Source: Eledone cirrhosa (taxonomy: Eukaryota). Taken from it: 64,000 nucleotides of DNA. Location of the stretch: assembly GCA_964016885.1 (NCBI GenBank), contig OZ024740.1, positions 299,212,001-299,276,000 on the forward strand, read 5' to 3'. A model generated the notes under the pieces. The model had not been told where the DNA came from, made no database searches, and saw nothing but the letters and a program-made list of their open reading frames with translations. Made by a program: the position numbers and the translations under genes. This document shows positions 29,164-41,553 of the stretch, piece by piece; the stretch's first letter is position 1, and each line of letters begins with the position of its first letter.

Positions 29164-30668
29164 TTCCAATGACATACGACACGATTCATTGTTGTTCCAA
29201 AAGAATAACAATAATGGGAACTTTTCCATAGAAAGCAAAGTTTATAAATGAATATGTAACAATCTGATGACGATCGCATTTAAAATTCATGTTAGTCACG
29301 TGAACTATTTTAGCCAATCTAAAGTTTTAGCTCATATACTAGTTGTCTTTAAATTTCCTTTGGCTAGTTCCATGTGATCATAGTAGCTTCACCGTTGACA
29401 CGTGACATATTTTGCCCTATCAGAAATTTAAACCCACAAACAACTAATCGTCTGCGGAGACTAATTTTGCCTGCAATAAATATGTAAAATTTGTTCAGAC
29501 CTATTGAGTTTCTCTTAAGTTATTCGCTCGGTACCAGACTATCTGGCCAGCTCTTCAGTTCTCTTTCCATTCTTTCATTGGAAGATTGTCTGTCCTTCTC
29601 CCCCACGCCGCTAGTAACCATATGTTCGTCTTGTTCTAGCCCCGACAGAATAATTTCAAGCAGATTAAATTCACATACGCTTAAATGATTTTTCTCTTAA
29701 CTGACCGTCTTTTATCTGCTTGTACACATTTAACTCTACGATACAAATGATTTCATTACCACGATAACATGAAATAATATATGTACATTTTCCCTAACAT
29801 TTCTACAACATAAATTATCTAATTGATTTATCGACGTACATTTTCGTGAGCACATTTATATAAACTTTGCTTTCATTGATCTTGTAAATTAAGATGTGAA
29901 TTTCCTATGTCTAAATTCTGCTCTGTTTTAATCTGTGCTTTCAAACCATGTGCTGTGTAATTATCATTGCGTTATCCTACCAGCAATGCTGGAAGAGGTT
30001 TATCTTTGTTGATATTTAGGGGGATAATAATAAAAAAAATATATAATATCAATATCGGCATGGATTCAACCTATCAGCTGGAACACATAATACAGTAATA
30101 GAGTAATTTTAGTTTTTATATGCACCCTCACCTATTTTCTTACAATTAGCAATCCAACGATCGAACAAAACAACCACGTTTCTAAATTAACTACTATGAT
30201 TCAGCCTGAATATTGTTACTCCGAATTTTCGATCAAGCATCTAAGTTTCTGATTAAATAGCTACGAATCAGTTTACAATTTGTGACGGAAAAAATTCGAA
30301 CAAATAAACATTGTTCTAGTTACAGAGATATATTTGAAGGATTGCAACAGCTCAGCATTAAATATTTTACGCAGTCAGACTACGAAATTTTCAATATGTT
30401 CAATTTACTGCCGTCACTAAAGTAACGTTACTACACCATTTCTTTTTCTAAGCTTTCCACTTAAATCTCTTTGGTGGTCGACCTAGTTTACTGTTTTCAA
30501 TATTTAAAAAAACAACTTTAGTCTGAGTAACCGACTCTTCTTAATTAGAAATAACAACAGCCAATTACGATGCAACGTTCATTGGTCATGTGGAACATGA
30601 CCAAATAAGGAATGTTGAAAGGTGTGATTTAAGTTAAAGAACAATTAGAAGACCCCTTAACCCTGATA

Positions 30669-31826
30669 ATGTACTCCCGCTACGTTGATGATATAAACAT
30701 CGTAGTTAAGACACCCCCACTAGAGAACAGTCAGGAACTAGAGAAAAACACAATGGAAAGCATCCAGCAAATAGCAAACTCCATCCTCCAGAGCATTAGA
30801 GTTACTATAGACTATCCAAGTAAACACCCCAACCATCGATTACCTGTACTAGACACAGAGCTCTGGTTAGATACCATTAACAACAAAAAACAAATCCTCC
30901 ATTCCCATTATGCCAAACCCATGACCTCCAAACATCTGATCCACCGAAACTCGGCCGTTTCGGACCATACCAAAATCAACATACTGATTGCGGATTTGGT
31001 ACGGGTGATGAGAAATGTGTCCCGCATGTGCAACCCCGAAGAACTAGAGAGACACATACAACACTTCATCCACCGTATGCAGTTCTCTGGCTACAATCAG
31101 AGAGATAAAATCAGAGTGTATAGAGGAGCCAGAACCAAATGGGAAAAAATGGTAAATAACGACATAAATGGGACCTGCCTCTTGTATAGGAGCAAATTTT
31201 GGAATAGAATAGAAAGAACTAGGAACAAGGCTAATAGAATAAACTCATGGTATGATAGCAATAAATACCAGAGTGTAATGTTCATCGATACAACCCCTAG
31301 AGGTGAATTAGCTTACAAATTTAGAAGGGCCTTAAATAAACATAAACTCAATATTAAGATAGTAGAAAGACCAGGTACCTCCGTAAAAACACTTATTAGC
31401 AAGACATACCCTTTTCAAAGACCCTCATGTATAGATAAGAATTGTATAACCTGTAAAATAAGCCCCCATATTAACTGTAAAACTAGAAATGTAGTGTATA
31501 GCATAAGATGTACTGAAGGACAATGTAGAGACAAAAATATAGTGTACATAGGTGAGACAGTTCGTAGTGTAGGGGAACGGACAAATGAACACTGGCGAGA
31601 CCTTCAAGATAATAAAGAATCATCTATACTCTACCAACATGCTAAAATAGAACACAAGGGTAAATTAGAGAACATAGAAATAAAAATAGAATCTACACAC
31701 AGAAAAGACGCAATGTTTAGACAAATTACAGAGGCAATAAACATAAAAGAATTACAACCAAAATTAAATAGAAAATATGAGTGGAACAGCAACATCACAA
31801 CCAACTTACAATTAAGGACAAAATGA
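30669..31826 (+). CDS. Penelope-like element ORF, 5'-truncated: RT (from YVDD) + Cys-rich linker + GIY-YIG endonuclease
   Basis: RYVDDI, LPVLDTELW, HYAKPM, RMQFSGY, CIDKNCITC, VVYSIRC...YIGETVRSVGERTNEH, ITEAINIKELQPKLN; open for 385 aa. The Cys-rich linker suggests the Neptune/Nematis group (inference). Confidence 0.92.
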   Translation: MYSRYVDDINIVVKTPPLENSQELEKNTMESIQQIANSILQSIRVTIDYPSKHPNHRLPVLDTELWLDTINNKKQILHSHYAKPMTSKHLIHRNSAVSDHTKINILIADLVRVMRNVSRMCNPEELERHIQHFIHRMQFSGYNQRDKIRVYRGARTKWEKMVNNDINGTCLLYRSKFWNRIERTRNKANRINSWYDSNKYQSVMFIDTTPRGELAYKFRRALNKHKLNIKIVERPGTSVKTLISKTYPFQRPSCIDKNCITCKISPHINCKTRNVVYSIRCTEGQCRDKNIVYIGETVRSVGERTNEHWRDLQDNKESSILYQHAKIEHKGKLENIEIKIESTHRKDAMFRQITEAINIKELQPKLNRKYEWNSNITTNLQLRTK

Positions 31827-32276
31827 AAACACACACACACACATAGAACAAACAACCAACCAGTAACATGTAAATAAACAAATAAATAAATGAACATAAA
31901 CACACACAGACACCCGGATGTGGCGCATGCGCAGACTGAGCACACAACACACACACAGAAACAAAATGGCGTAGGACAGAACAAAGGAGAGGCACAGAAA
32001 CAAAGAAAGGAATCCCCAGTCACTGAAGAGGTCACAGAGTGTGTGACGAAAGAACTATGACTATATAAAAACAACTATCTGGTTGTGGAACCAACCAACC
32101 AACCAGAAATTTATAAATTTATAAATTTATTATAAATTTATTATAATAAATTGAAGTGAAAGCAACTGGTGCGTGTGTTTCTTATTGGCAACATGACCCT
32201 CCCAAAGTATAACAATATCGGTTTCAACACACGATTTCAGATAAAGAATCTTGCTAAACAAATTCAGAAACGAAAT
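31827..32276 (+). mobile_element. PLE 3' pLTR (family B)
   Basis: Matches 9445-9885; ends at (TA)n. Confidence 0.9.
32018..32062 (+). ncRNA. Type I hammerhead, family B
   Basis: agtca CTGAAGA g-gtcaca-gagtg-tgtgac GAAA gaac TA tgact. Confidence 0.82.
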
Positions 32277-32429
32277 ATATATATATATATATATATATTA
32301 GAAAGTGAGGTTTTTTTTACGAAATGAAAAATAACCGGGGTGTCCTACACCAGTGAAAGTATAAGGAAAGAAGATGAAATCGAAAATTCAACTGGAGTCT
32401 TTTTAAAAAAAGATATATTTATTTGGTTC

Positions 32430-32465
32430 CTTTACCGGTTTCACAGTTCTTCTGCTTTTCAAAAG
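32430..32465 (-). ncRNA. Hammerhead with U3:A8 covariant core (family G)
   Basis: ctt TTGAAAA gcag-aagaa-ctgt GAAA ccgg TA aag; palindromic loop III; inside an island bounded by (TA)n. Confidence 0.55.
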
Positions 32466-32553
32466 TAGAATTGAGATGGAGGGTCTGTTGTTTTTCTCAC
32501 ATCTGGTTGGTCTTTGAATGTTACTTGTTTTATATGGAAATGCCCATATATAT

Positions 32554-32610
<57 letters not shown>

Positions 32611-32830
32611 CGTTTCTGAATTTGTTTAGCAAGATTCTTTATCTGAAATCGTGTGTTGAAACCGATATTGTTATACTTTGGGAGGGTCATGTTGCCAATA
32701 AGAAACACACGCACCAGTTGCTTTCACTTCAATTTATTATATATTTATAAATTTATAAATTTACAAATCTACAAACTTATAAATTTTTGGTTGGTTGGTT
32801 GGTTCCACAACCAGATAGTTGTTTATATAT

Positions 32831-32875
32831 AGTCATAGTCCTTTCGTCACACACTCTGTGACCTCTTCAGTGACT
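32831..32875 (-). ncRNA. Type I hammerhead, family B
   Basis: agtca CTGAAGA ggtcacagagtgtgtgac GAAA ggac TA tgact. Confidence 0.8.
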
Positions 32876-32988
32876 GGGGATTCCTTTCTTTGTTTCTGTG
32901 CCTTTCCTTTCTTCTGTACTACGAATGAGAAACAAAATGGCGTAGGACAGAAGAAAGGAAAGGCACAGAAACAAAGAAAGGAATCCCC

Positions 32989-33033
32989 AGTCACTGAAGA
33001 GGTCACAGAGTGTGTGACGAAAGGACTATGACT
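32989..33033 (+). ncRNA. Type I hammerhead, family B
   Basis: Identical mirror of 32831-32875. Confidence 0.8.
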
Positions 33034-33210
33034 ATATATAAACAACTATCTGGTTGTGGAACCAACCAACCAACCAACCAGAAATTTATAAGTTTGTAGA
33101 TTTGTAAATTTATAAATTTATAAATATATAATAAATTGAAGTGAAAGCATGGCGTCCGACCCTCCACCGATACTGCCAATCCACCGCCCTAGTAACTGTA
33201 ATAATAATAA

Positions 33211-33536
33211 CCCATCAGTGGTGGCATCCTCTGGACTGAAATCGGAGATTGAAGGACCGATTATATCAGCACAAGATCAGTGTCTGCCAACCAAAAATTA
33301 CCAAGCCAACATAATAAAAAATGGATGCAGCCCATTATGCCGTGTATGTAAAAACAACCAGAGACCATTGACCATATAATTTCAATGTGCAGTCCTATAG
33401 CTCCAACCGAATACCTAAACAGGCATGACAGAGCTGCACAATACATACATTGGATAATGTGTAAGCATTTTGACCTGCCCCATCAAAAGAATTGGTGGGA
33501 GCATCAACCAGCTCCCATACTTGAAAAAGATTACAT
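33211..33536 (+). mobile_element. Internal fragment of the R4/Dong-type LINE
   Basis: Near-identical to 52450-52776 (SAQDQCLPT...CRVC...YLNRHDRAAQYIHW). Confidence 0.9.
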
Positions 33537-33955
33537 ATGCAACACGGAACAGTGCCGTTTTATCCAATTCGACATCAATAATTACTACTCCTCCATCACT
33601 TTACCACTTCTCCTTAGAGCTATCAATTTCGCTAAAACACTCACAGTGGTTAAGGATTTCGAAGTTGATGTCATCCCCAATGCCCGTAAGTCGGTGATTA
33701 ATTTCGACGACTCTATTTGGATTAAAAAATCTAATAGTACCCTATTCGACGTGAGTATGGGTGCTAGCGATTCTGCGGAGGTTACTGATCTTGTCGGCCT
33801 TTTCCTTCTTTTCTCTATCAGGACGAATTCCCTAACGTGGGCGGTGGTTTGTACCGTGATGATGGTCTTTTGACCATGACTAAGTGCGGCCCACGTGCTT
33901 GCGACAGGTTAAGAAAAGAACTCACAGCCTTCTTTAAAGGCTTCAACCTCGCTAT
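33537..33955 (+). pseudogene. RT fragment of a different PLE clade (Naiad/Chlamys-like)
   Basis: FIQFDINNYYSSIT...WIKK...LFDVSMGASDSAEVTDLVGLFLL, then GLYRDDGL after a frameshift; clade assigned from recalled motifs, not from a search. Confidence 0.7.
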
Positions 33956-34278
33956 ACAAATAAATAAACAAATATAAACACACACAGACACCCGGATGTA
34001 ACACATGCGCAAACTAAGCACACAACACACACAAAAACAAGATGACGTAGAACAGAACAAAGGAGAGGCACAAAAACAAAGAAAAGTATCCCCAGTCACT
34101 GAAGAGGTCACAGAATGTGTGACGAAAGTACTTTGACAATATATGAACAATCGTCTGGTTGTGGAACCAACCAACCAACCGGAAATTTATAAATTCCTAA
34201 ATTTATAATAAATTGAAGTGAAAGCATCTGGTGCGTGTGTTTCTTATTGGCAACATGACCCTCCCAAAGTATAACAAT
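33956..34278 (+). mobile_element. Family B pLTR
   Basis: Matches ~9495-9828; ends at (TA)n. Confidence 0.9.
34095..34137 (+). ncRNA. Type I hammerhead, family B, palindromic loop III
   Basis: gtca CTGAAGA ggtcacagaatgtgtgac GAAA gtac TT tgac. Confidence 0.82.
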
Positions 34279-34292
34279 ATATATATATATAT

Positions 34293-34490
34293 AGGAAGGA
34301 GTAGGACCCCGACGGCTGAGCTCAAGCCGTTTCGACGGCTAATTCTGGACGAGTTTAGAATTAGCCGTCGAAACGGCTTGAGCTCCGCCGTCGGGGTCCT
34401 ACTCGTTCCTGTTACCCACTCTACTACTCTAAGTATTGAGTACTTTGGTGCGTTATGGTCCACCTGGTTCCTTACCACATTTCTTCCGTT
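34293..34490 (+). repeat. Family E end with 118-bp fold-back hairpin (34293-34410)
   Basis: 54-bp arms with 2 mismatches; right arm contains gccgtc GAAA cggc TT gagc. Confidence 0.85.
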
Positions 34491-36754
34491 ATATATATAT
34501 ATATATGGGTGTGTGTGAGTGTAAATGTGTGTATATTTAGCCGTAGCAGTCACACACCGAGTATTATAATATATGAAAGCAGGCACAGCATAGGTATGCA
34601 TGATAAACATACATAAGGTTGGTGTGAGTATTTTAAGCTTTTATTTTGTAATAGTTATCTCGCTATGACAACTCCTGAAAATAATGTTTTAGGATTCTGT
34701 ATCCATCCACCGTAACTTTACTCACTCGTTACTAAGGCAAAGTAAACTATAACTGATTTTTGTAAATGATACATTCATGGAGATGCTTATTTGCGTATAG
34801 TGCGGGCTTGGCTGGTTGGTATTAACTAGCAGTAGCTCTATGACAGAACATTATTTTCTCTAAACAGCTTTTGTTAGTTTTGCTTTACTGTATAGACAAA
34901 AGCATTGTCTTGTTGAAAATTGCTTCTTTGTTTATATATATATAAATATAGGAATTATATTTTGCAAGCTCGGAAATAACCTTTTCTCTAACAGCTTTAG
35001 ACATTTCCTGACAGTAATTCAATATTTTGCTATCATAAGTTCATAAAATCTATTGTTAGAAATGTATTCCATATCCCACATCTTTCATGCTTCACTTGTT
35101 TTTTAAACAAATTCAGGATGGAATTTCTCAACAGTTCCGCGAATGCAGGGTGACGGGGAATCACTATGTAACCCAAACTTTTACTTTTTGAAACCAATCT
35201 AAAAGTGTGACCGATTCTTAAAGATTTTAGTAGAGGCTTCTTGATAGATATTTTACCATAATGGCTAAACTCTCCAAACCCCCATGAAATGGTCCTTCTA
35301 AAGACAGCCTTGATTTAGGGATTGTAAAGTCTTTTGACTGTTGCTGGAAGATTTTCATTCTTTCTTAAAGAACTAAGAATATCAGGCTTCTCTCATCTGT
35401 ACTTCCAGTAGTTCTAGACCTGCCAAGCTCTACCTTTCTGACAGAAGACCATATTTCAAGAAGAGTAAACCTATTCTCTTTATGGTAGGCATGGTAGGCA
35501 TGGAGATAGAGATTTTGTCTTTGTCAGTAGCTTTTGGGTTTCAGAATATGTAGCGTCTGTCTCACGAAGAATAGCAATTTAATTTTTGATACCCGCACCA
35601 GCATGGTATTACATTGTCTCTGAATGAATATTTATAGCAACAGAAAGAAACATAAATTAATCTACCTATTCAAGTTGTGATTAGAATCATTTACGCAAAA
35701 TGTTTAATGCTGCTTCTTTTTCTCATTCACATTCAGGCAGGACACAAAACGCGAGCGCCTTGGTTTATAAATGAACTCGGAACGAGGCTCGATGGTCATG
35801 TCTTCGTGGCCTTACTGCTTTAGTTGTTGCATGTTCTTTGTAACAAATAGAACTAATTGTTTCAGTATATTTGAATGCTTTGGTTTCTAACCAAAATACA
35901 CCTGTTCAAACTGTCTATTCAAATTACATATTTTGGCTACAAAAATATTTCTAACAATAGTTCTACTGCCACCAACACTATGTTTCAGCTAAAGATCTAA
36001 CGTCAACAATACTTAACAACATAGCTTCTTCCTAGCTTCAGCTATAACCTGAGGCGGTAGCATTTTATTATCTGTCGAGAGAGAATGAGAAAAAGATAAA
36101 CCAAGAAAAGTATTGTGTAATTCTTTAACGTTCTAAAACTCAACACAACGAACTACATTCCAAAAGATATTCGCAAAGGACATTTTATATAGAAATATCA
36201 CAGGAAGAAGAAAAGAAACATTTTGCACTGAGAATAAACGCCTAACAATTCATTTGTCAGTGTATATACATTAGTTTTGAGGTGCGTGGCCTTGTCGTAA
36301 GGACAATAATAATGTGGGTTCGATTCCTGGACTGGGATGTGTGCTGAGTTCTTAAGCAAAACACTTATCCCACGTTGCTTCAGTATGCTCAGCTGAAAAT
36401 GAGTATCAGCAAGGAGTCTTGTGCTTTCAGCCGCTTCAAGCCACGAAACCTGGATAAGCACTGGCCTGACGAACCTTCTGGCTTGAGAGAGACTTCCTTT
36501 AGAGTTTCAAATTCTATGTATGGCAAGTCAGTGTAAAAACCTCGATCAACTGAGACTATCATTGCAATTTCACGACCAAGACTTTCTTTCGGAACAAACA
36601 AGGGAGTGCTCAAAGTTCCAGCTATGGCCACCGATTTTCTGGTATGGTATTTTTATTATTTTATAATCTGGTTTGTCTTTCCATTTTCTTAAAATCGTAG
36701 GGTCCGATTAACAAGAGATTTGACTGTTAATTGTAATTTGCTATATTATTGTGC

Positions 36755-36916
36755 AAGGCAGCGAATTTTTCGGAGTCGTTAGAACATCAGATAGAGTGCT
36801 TTGTGGTATTCATTCTGGCTCTCTGCTCTCTGAGTTCCAATTACACCGAGGTCAAATTTGCCTTTCATTCTTTGGAGATCGATAGAAAAATTACCAGTCT
36901 AGTACTGGGGGTCGAT
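36755..36916 (+). mobile_element. Diverged MetaSINE-like copy
   Basis: ctgagttccaattacaccgaggtcaaatttgcctttcattc...gatcgatag. Confidence 0.65.
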
Positions 36917-38230
36917 TCTTCTTTTATGTCCCTTTTTCACTTCCCCTTTCTCACATTCTATTTTTTACTGGAAGAAACCTGCTGTACTCTGGCCTGCGGA
37001 GCGATGAGTTCCGCCAAACTTAAAGATACCCAAGTCATACCCAAGACACACCGCATGTCACCCTACGACTCCATGCACGCCATACATGTTATCGTGAAGA
37101 AATTATTTCATTGAGACAATTGTTGTTGATTTTGGAAGAGTGGAAAGTAAAATCTGCGTCTACTGAATTTAAATTTGGATGCTCTTTGATCTGAACTCCA
37201 GATTATAAAGCAGCTGGATTATTTCTTTATCGCCTTCTCAAATAATGAAGATTACTAATGACCCTATTCAAAATTTCAACGAATTCTTATTTATTTTAAA
37301 GTTTCCTTCGCTGCAAAAACTCTGAAAATCTTCAAATAAAGTTAGAGAGTACTGTAAGAAATCCAAGAGAATAACTGGCTGACATTCCCAGTGGTTTAAT
37401 AGCTACATCTAGGAATAAGAAAATTGGCCGAGAATTTATCACGATAGTCACGGGATTATTTAATAAACATTTTACTAGATGCATGATTGGTTGATTAGTT
37501 TACAGAACTTAACGGTGTCTTTGTTGTACTATTCTATAATACATCACAAACATTGTATTACAAGAAAATTCAGTCTGTGTTCCGTTCCTGTTTAAAGTTT
37601 CATGCGAAATGTTTAGAACAATAAGTTTAGCTATTAGCTATTTAGATTAAATTCTGGGCGTTAGTATTAATCATTCTTTTTGTTAGAGCAATGCGTAGAT
37701 GAGACAGAAGCATACATACGACACAAAAGCAAACTCCCTTCAGAATTTGCTTAGAAACATAAAGGTTTCAAAGAATTTTGAATTATACATATGGACTGTT
37801 ATTTCCAATTTCCCTGCCTATCGACTATTTTTAAAATTAGTGTAGAATTTATTGTCACATTATACGCACATTCATCACATACACACACAGCACCTACACA
37901 GATACGTACGCGCACACACGCATTTATTTAATATATATAGAGGTGTTTTCACGTGCGTAGATGCTATAAAACATCTTAGAAAATAGTGACGACTCATAGA
38001 GAGAAAAAAAGATTGGCCTCAACGAGATAATGTACCTCGTATCACACAAATACCGGCAAGGCGCTTTGCACCATTAGTGGTCGACAACAATGTCTCTTTC
38101 AGTTTCTAAGGTTCTTCACCCAATTTTACAAGGCCTCTTATAGCCTCTCCGTGCATGAACACACCACTCTTTATATCAATTTCATCCCCTCAACGCTACG
38201 CAAAAGTCAGAGTGATCAGTTATTTATATA

Positions 38231-38299
<69 letters not shown>

Positions 38300-38508
38300 A
38301 AAGAATAGAGGTGTAACACACAAGTTATTATATATTGGTAAACGGAATAGAAAATGCTGACAAATTGTTCACAGTTGAAAAATGGTTTAATTAGGAATAA
38401 AAGAGTATTAGTGATTGTATGGGTTAGTATTCAGTTGTGGTTTTAAGTTTTTAAGTTTTTACCGGTTGCGCATTTCTAAATGCTTTTCAAAAATAATTTT
38501 GAGATAGA

Positions 38509-38552
38509 GTGTCCGTGCTGTTTGCTCTGATCAGAGCAAACAGCACGGACAC
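38509..38552. repeat. Perfect 44-bp palindrome without spacer
   Basis: gtgtccgtgctgtttgctctga|tcagagcaaacagcacggacac. Confidence 0.95.
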
Positions 38553-38879
38553 ATTAATTAATAATTAATAATTAATAATTAATAATTAATAATTAATGGC
38601 AAACAGCACGCACACATTAATTAATAATTAATGGTGCTGCGATCGAATGTGGCTTCTTGGCTCAGAGAATGATCTAAAATGTCTTGCACAGAGTTAGCAA
38701 CCATGTTAAAAACATTCCCTGTTAATAGCCGGCTGTGGTTTGAGCCCTCCTGCTGATCTACACTCTTTTCCACATGTTTGATAGGTATGATGAGTAGCAT
38801 CTCCGATAGCAATCTGGTAGTCAACCACTGCTCTCACTTTATGACTGCGAAGATGACTTTTGAGGCCACCAAATTCCCC

Positions 38880-39031
38880 CAGTGCATTACTGGTGCTTTA
38901 TTTTATCGACCTCGTAAGGATGAAAGGCAAAGTTAGCCTCAGGGGATTTGAACTCAGAACGTAAAGGCTCATAACTCTATGCTACAAAGCAGAGTGTCTG
39001 ATGCTCTACTGATTCTGCCAAACCATTACCC
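38880..39031 (-). mobile_element. MetaSINE-like copy
   Basis: Core and B-box present. Confidence 0.8.
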
Positions 39032-41515
39032 TGGCCTGTTTACATCCTCAAATCTGGCAAAAACTCATTGATACGGAGTTCGATTCCTTGCAGCAGCCCC
39101 TGCCTACTTTTTCCGTCTCTAACTGTATTTCATTCAATTTTCCCAACTACTATTTATAGCGATCCACTACTTTTATGGTCATTTGCCAATAAGTTTCTGT
39201 AGGAAAAAAAGGCAGGTTTGCAATTACAGATTATTGAGACGCTGAAGAGAAAGGATCGGGTAATGTGGCTCGTGAAAAGTGTATGACGAGAGCAGGAGTA
39301 GCTTATGTGCCGGGGTAACTAGCTTCGCTGAAGGTGGTAGCCACGGAGAGAAGAGGTAGTTGCAACAGAGTGAAGTGATGCCATTTTTGGAGGGGTGTGG
39401 TCTATTTTTCTTATGTAGTTGTGAATGCAGTGACCTAAGTTTGGAAGCAGTATTTTCTTGTGGGTCTTACTTGAACTTTCAGGAGAGTTAGCAATTGTTC
39501 TGAAAATGGCGAAGATTTTTCTACTCAAGATGTCTGTGGTAAAATAACAAATTGAAATGAAGTTACATTTATAACAAGCTAGGTATGTTTAAAATCAATA
39601 CTGCTAGTGAGTAATCTAAGAGTTACATGAAAGATTCCACTCACGTGTTTCATTGACAGTAGAAAAATACAGAATATAACTCATCACTCGACAACCACTA
39701 AGTACATACAGCCAAAACATTGGTTTGAATAAGATAAACAATCAATTATATTTCGGTGTTATGTTTTCCATATATAAGTTAGAAAGTTATACTACTTGAG
39801 CATTAAATTATGTTTAATGACTTATTAAACCTTATGGTCGATTGTACGTATTTCCGGATGTTTTTGTGTGCCCAATCCACAGATGAATATAGCAGACGTT
39901 ATGGCCGTTTGTTCAACATGTTTAAGCCTAGATACTTAATGCTGTTTACCTTATATTTAACAAACATATGCTAGGCTTGTGTCCAACTCATGGTAAATGC
40001 CTACTTTGGATTTATAGAGGTACCCAAGTGGATTTCAAATGTCCTGAATGCATGAGCTGCTGGGTATCTAACTAACATAGATCGCTTTTGTTTTATTAAA
40101 CAAGGACGGAAAACATGCATAAAAAACAAAACGATAATGTTCGCTTTCACTACGACAAAGATATTTAGGGGAAACTGTGATATTGATTTAAATGTATATT
40201 GTAACGGGAACTACACATGCTAGCACATACGTACATTGAGCAGATTATTGTTCACCCGTACGAAGAGCAACACCACACAAACACGCATGAACTTATTAGT
40301 TTTTAATAATCTGGCTAGTATTTCTAGCAAGCCAAACGACCGCGCCATGGTGAGCTGTATAACTAAACGTATTTTTACAGCTAGTTGAACAGTGGATACG
40401 TCACATCGCCCGTGAGCTTGTACGAACTCTGGATCATTCCAGATGACATTGCAATACATATCTAATCGACCATTTCATAAGATGTCAGATGTATATTTCC
40501 CAGGGATATCTTCATATTTTACCAAATTCTAAATAACAGTTACTTTACTTTTTGCTTCCTTCCAATATTTCCTCTCATTTTATGTGATTACCAGGAAATG
40601 TAATTGTACATCAACCATTAAATGCACGTGATTGCTATTATAGTGTTTTATTGAAAAAAAAAAGGCATTTAGAATGAATATTGGAAAAAAGCATTTTCAA
40701 TGAATGGAAAAAAGCATCTTCAATGAAGTTCCATTCTAACATAGTGAACAAATTTTCCTGAAGTGATTTAAAAATATTCTTTTTTGGCTGATAATGGCAT
40801 TTTTCACAAAACGAAATATTTTATCGAGGTTTATAATGATTTCTAACTTTAAACACAAGACTGCATGTTTGACGAAAATGGAATAATCGATTAGCTTGAC
40901 CCCAATACATAACTGGTATTGATTTAATTGATCCGAGTAGGATGAAAGACGTGCTTTGAACAAAATTCAAAGAGTTAATTTGATACTACAAATTACATCG
41001 GCCATTTTAACGGCGTGCTGACCTGCTGACAAAAGAATGGTTTCTAGCATTAGCCCAGGGATCCTTTAGTATCCTTCAGTAGAGCCCAATGATTAAATAT
41101 ACATAAGTACCCAACTTGTACATATTTTATGGACCAACGGTTGGGGTTATTTCCAAGGAATACAGCTAAACACCACAAATCATTTTATGTAAGGTAGAAA
41201 TTATTCTTCCCAACCACCGTTCTTATATAAATATCTATACTGTTTGATTGAAAAAATACAACCCAGTTTTAAACTTAATGTTGAGGATACACAACTCACT
41301 CTTAAGCTGCTATCATATCATTGTTGTTCATTCCTCCCTCGTCTGAAAGTTGAAATAATAAGTGGTAACTGTTGAAATATGTCACATTTGAACTCAGACT
41401 GTCAACATGATAGAAAGAAAGAAGGTGAGACTGAGATAGCTAGGTAGCTAGAGAGAGTAAAAGAGAGTGTGAGAAAGAGTGAGTGAGAGAAAGAGCGTGT
41501 GTGTGTGTGTGCGTA

Positions 41516-41553
<38 letters not shown>

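Larger units (their letters stand above)
32606..33149. mobile_element. Inverted family B pLTR pair
   Basis: 32606-32923 is a minus-strand pLTR; 32719-32923 and 32941-33149 form ~205-bp arms around a 17-nt spacer. Confidence 0.9.

Noticed and set aside
29500-29565. Minus-strand CTGAAGA followed by a hairpin
   Set aside because: Followed by GAAT, not GAAA, and no stem I partner.
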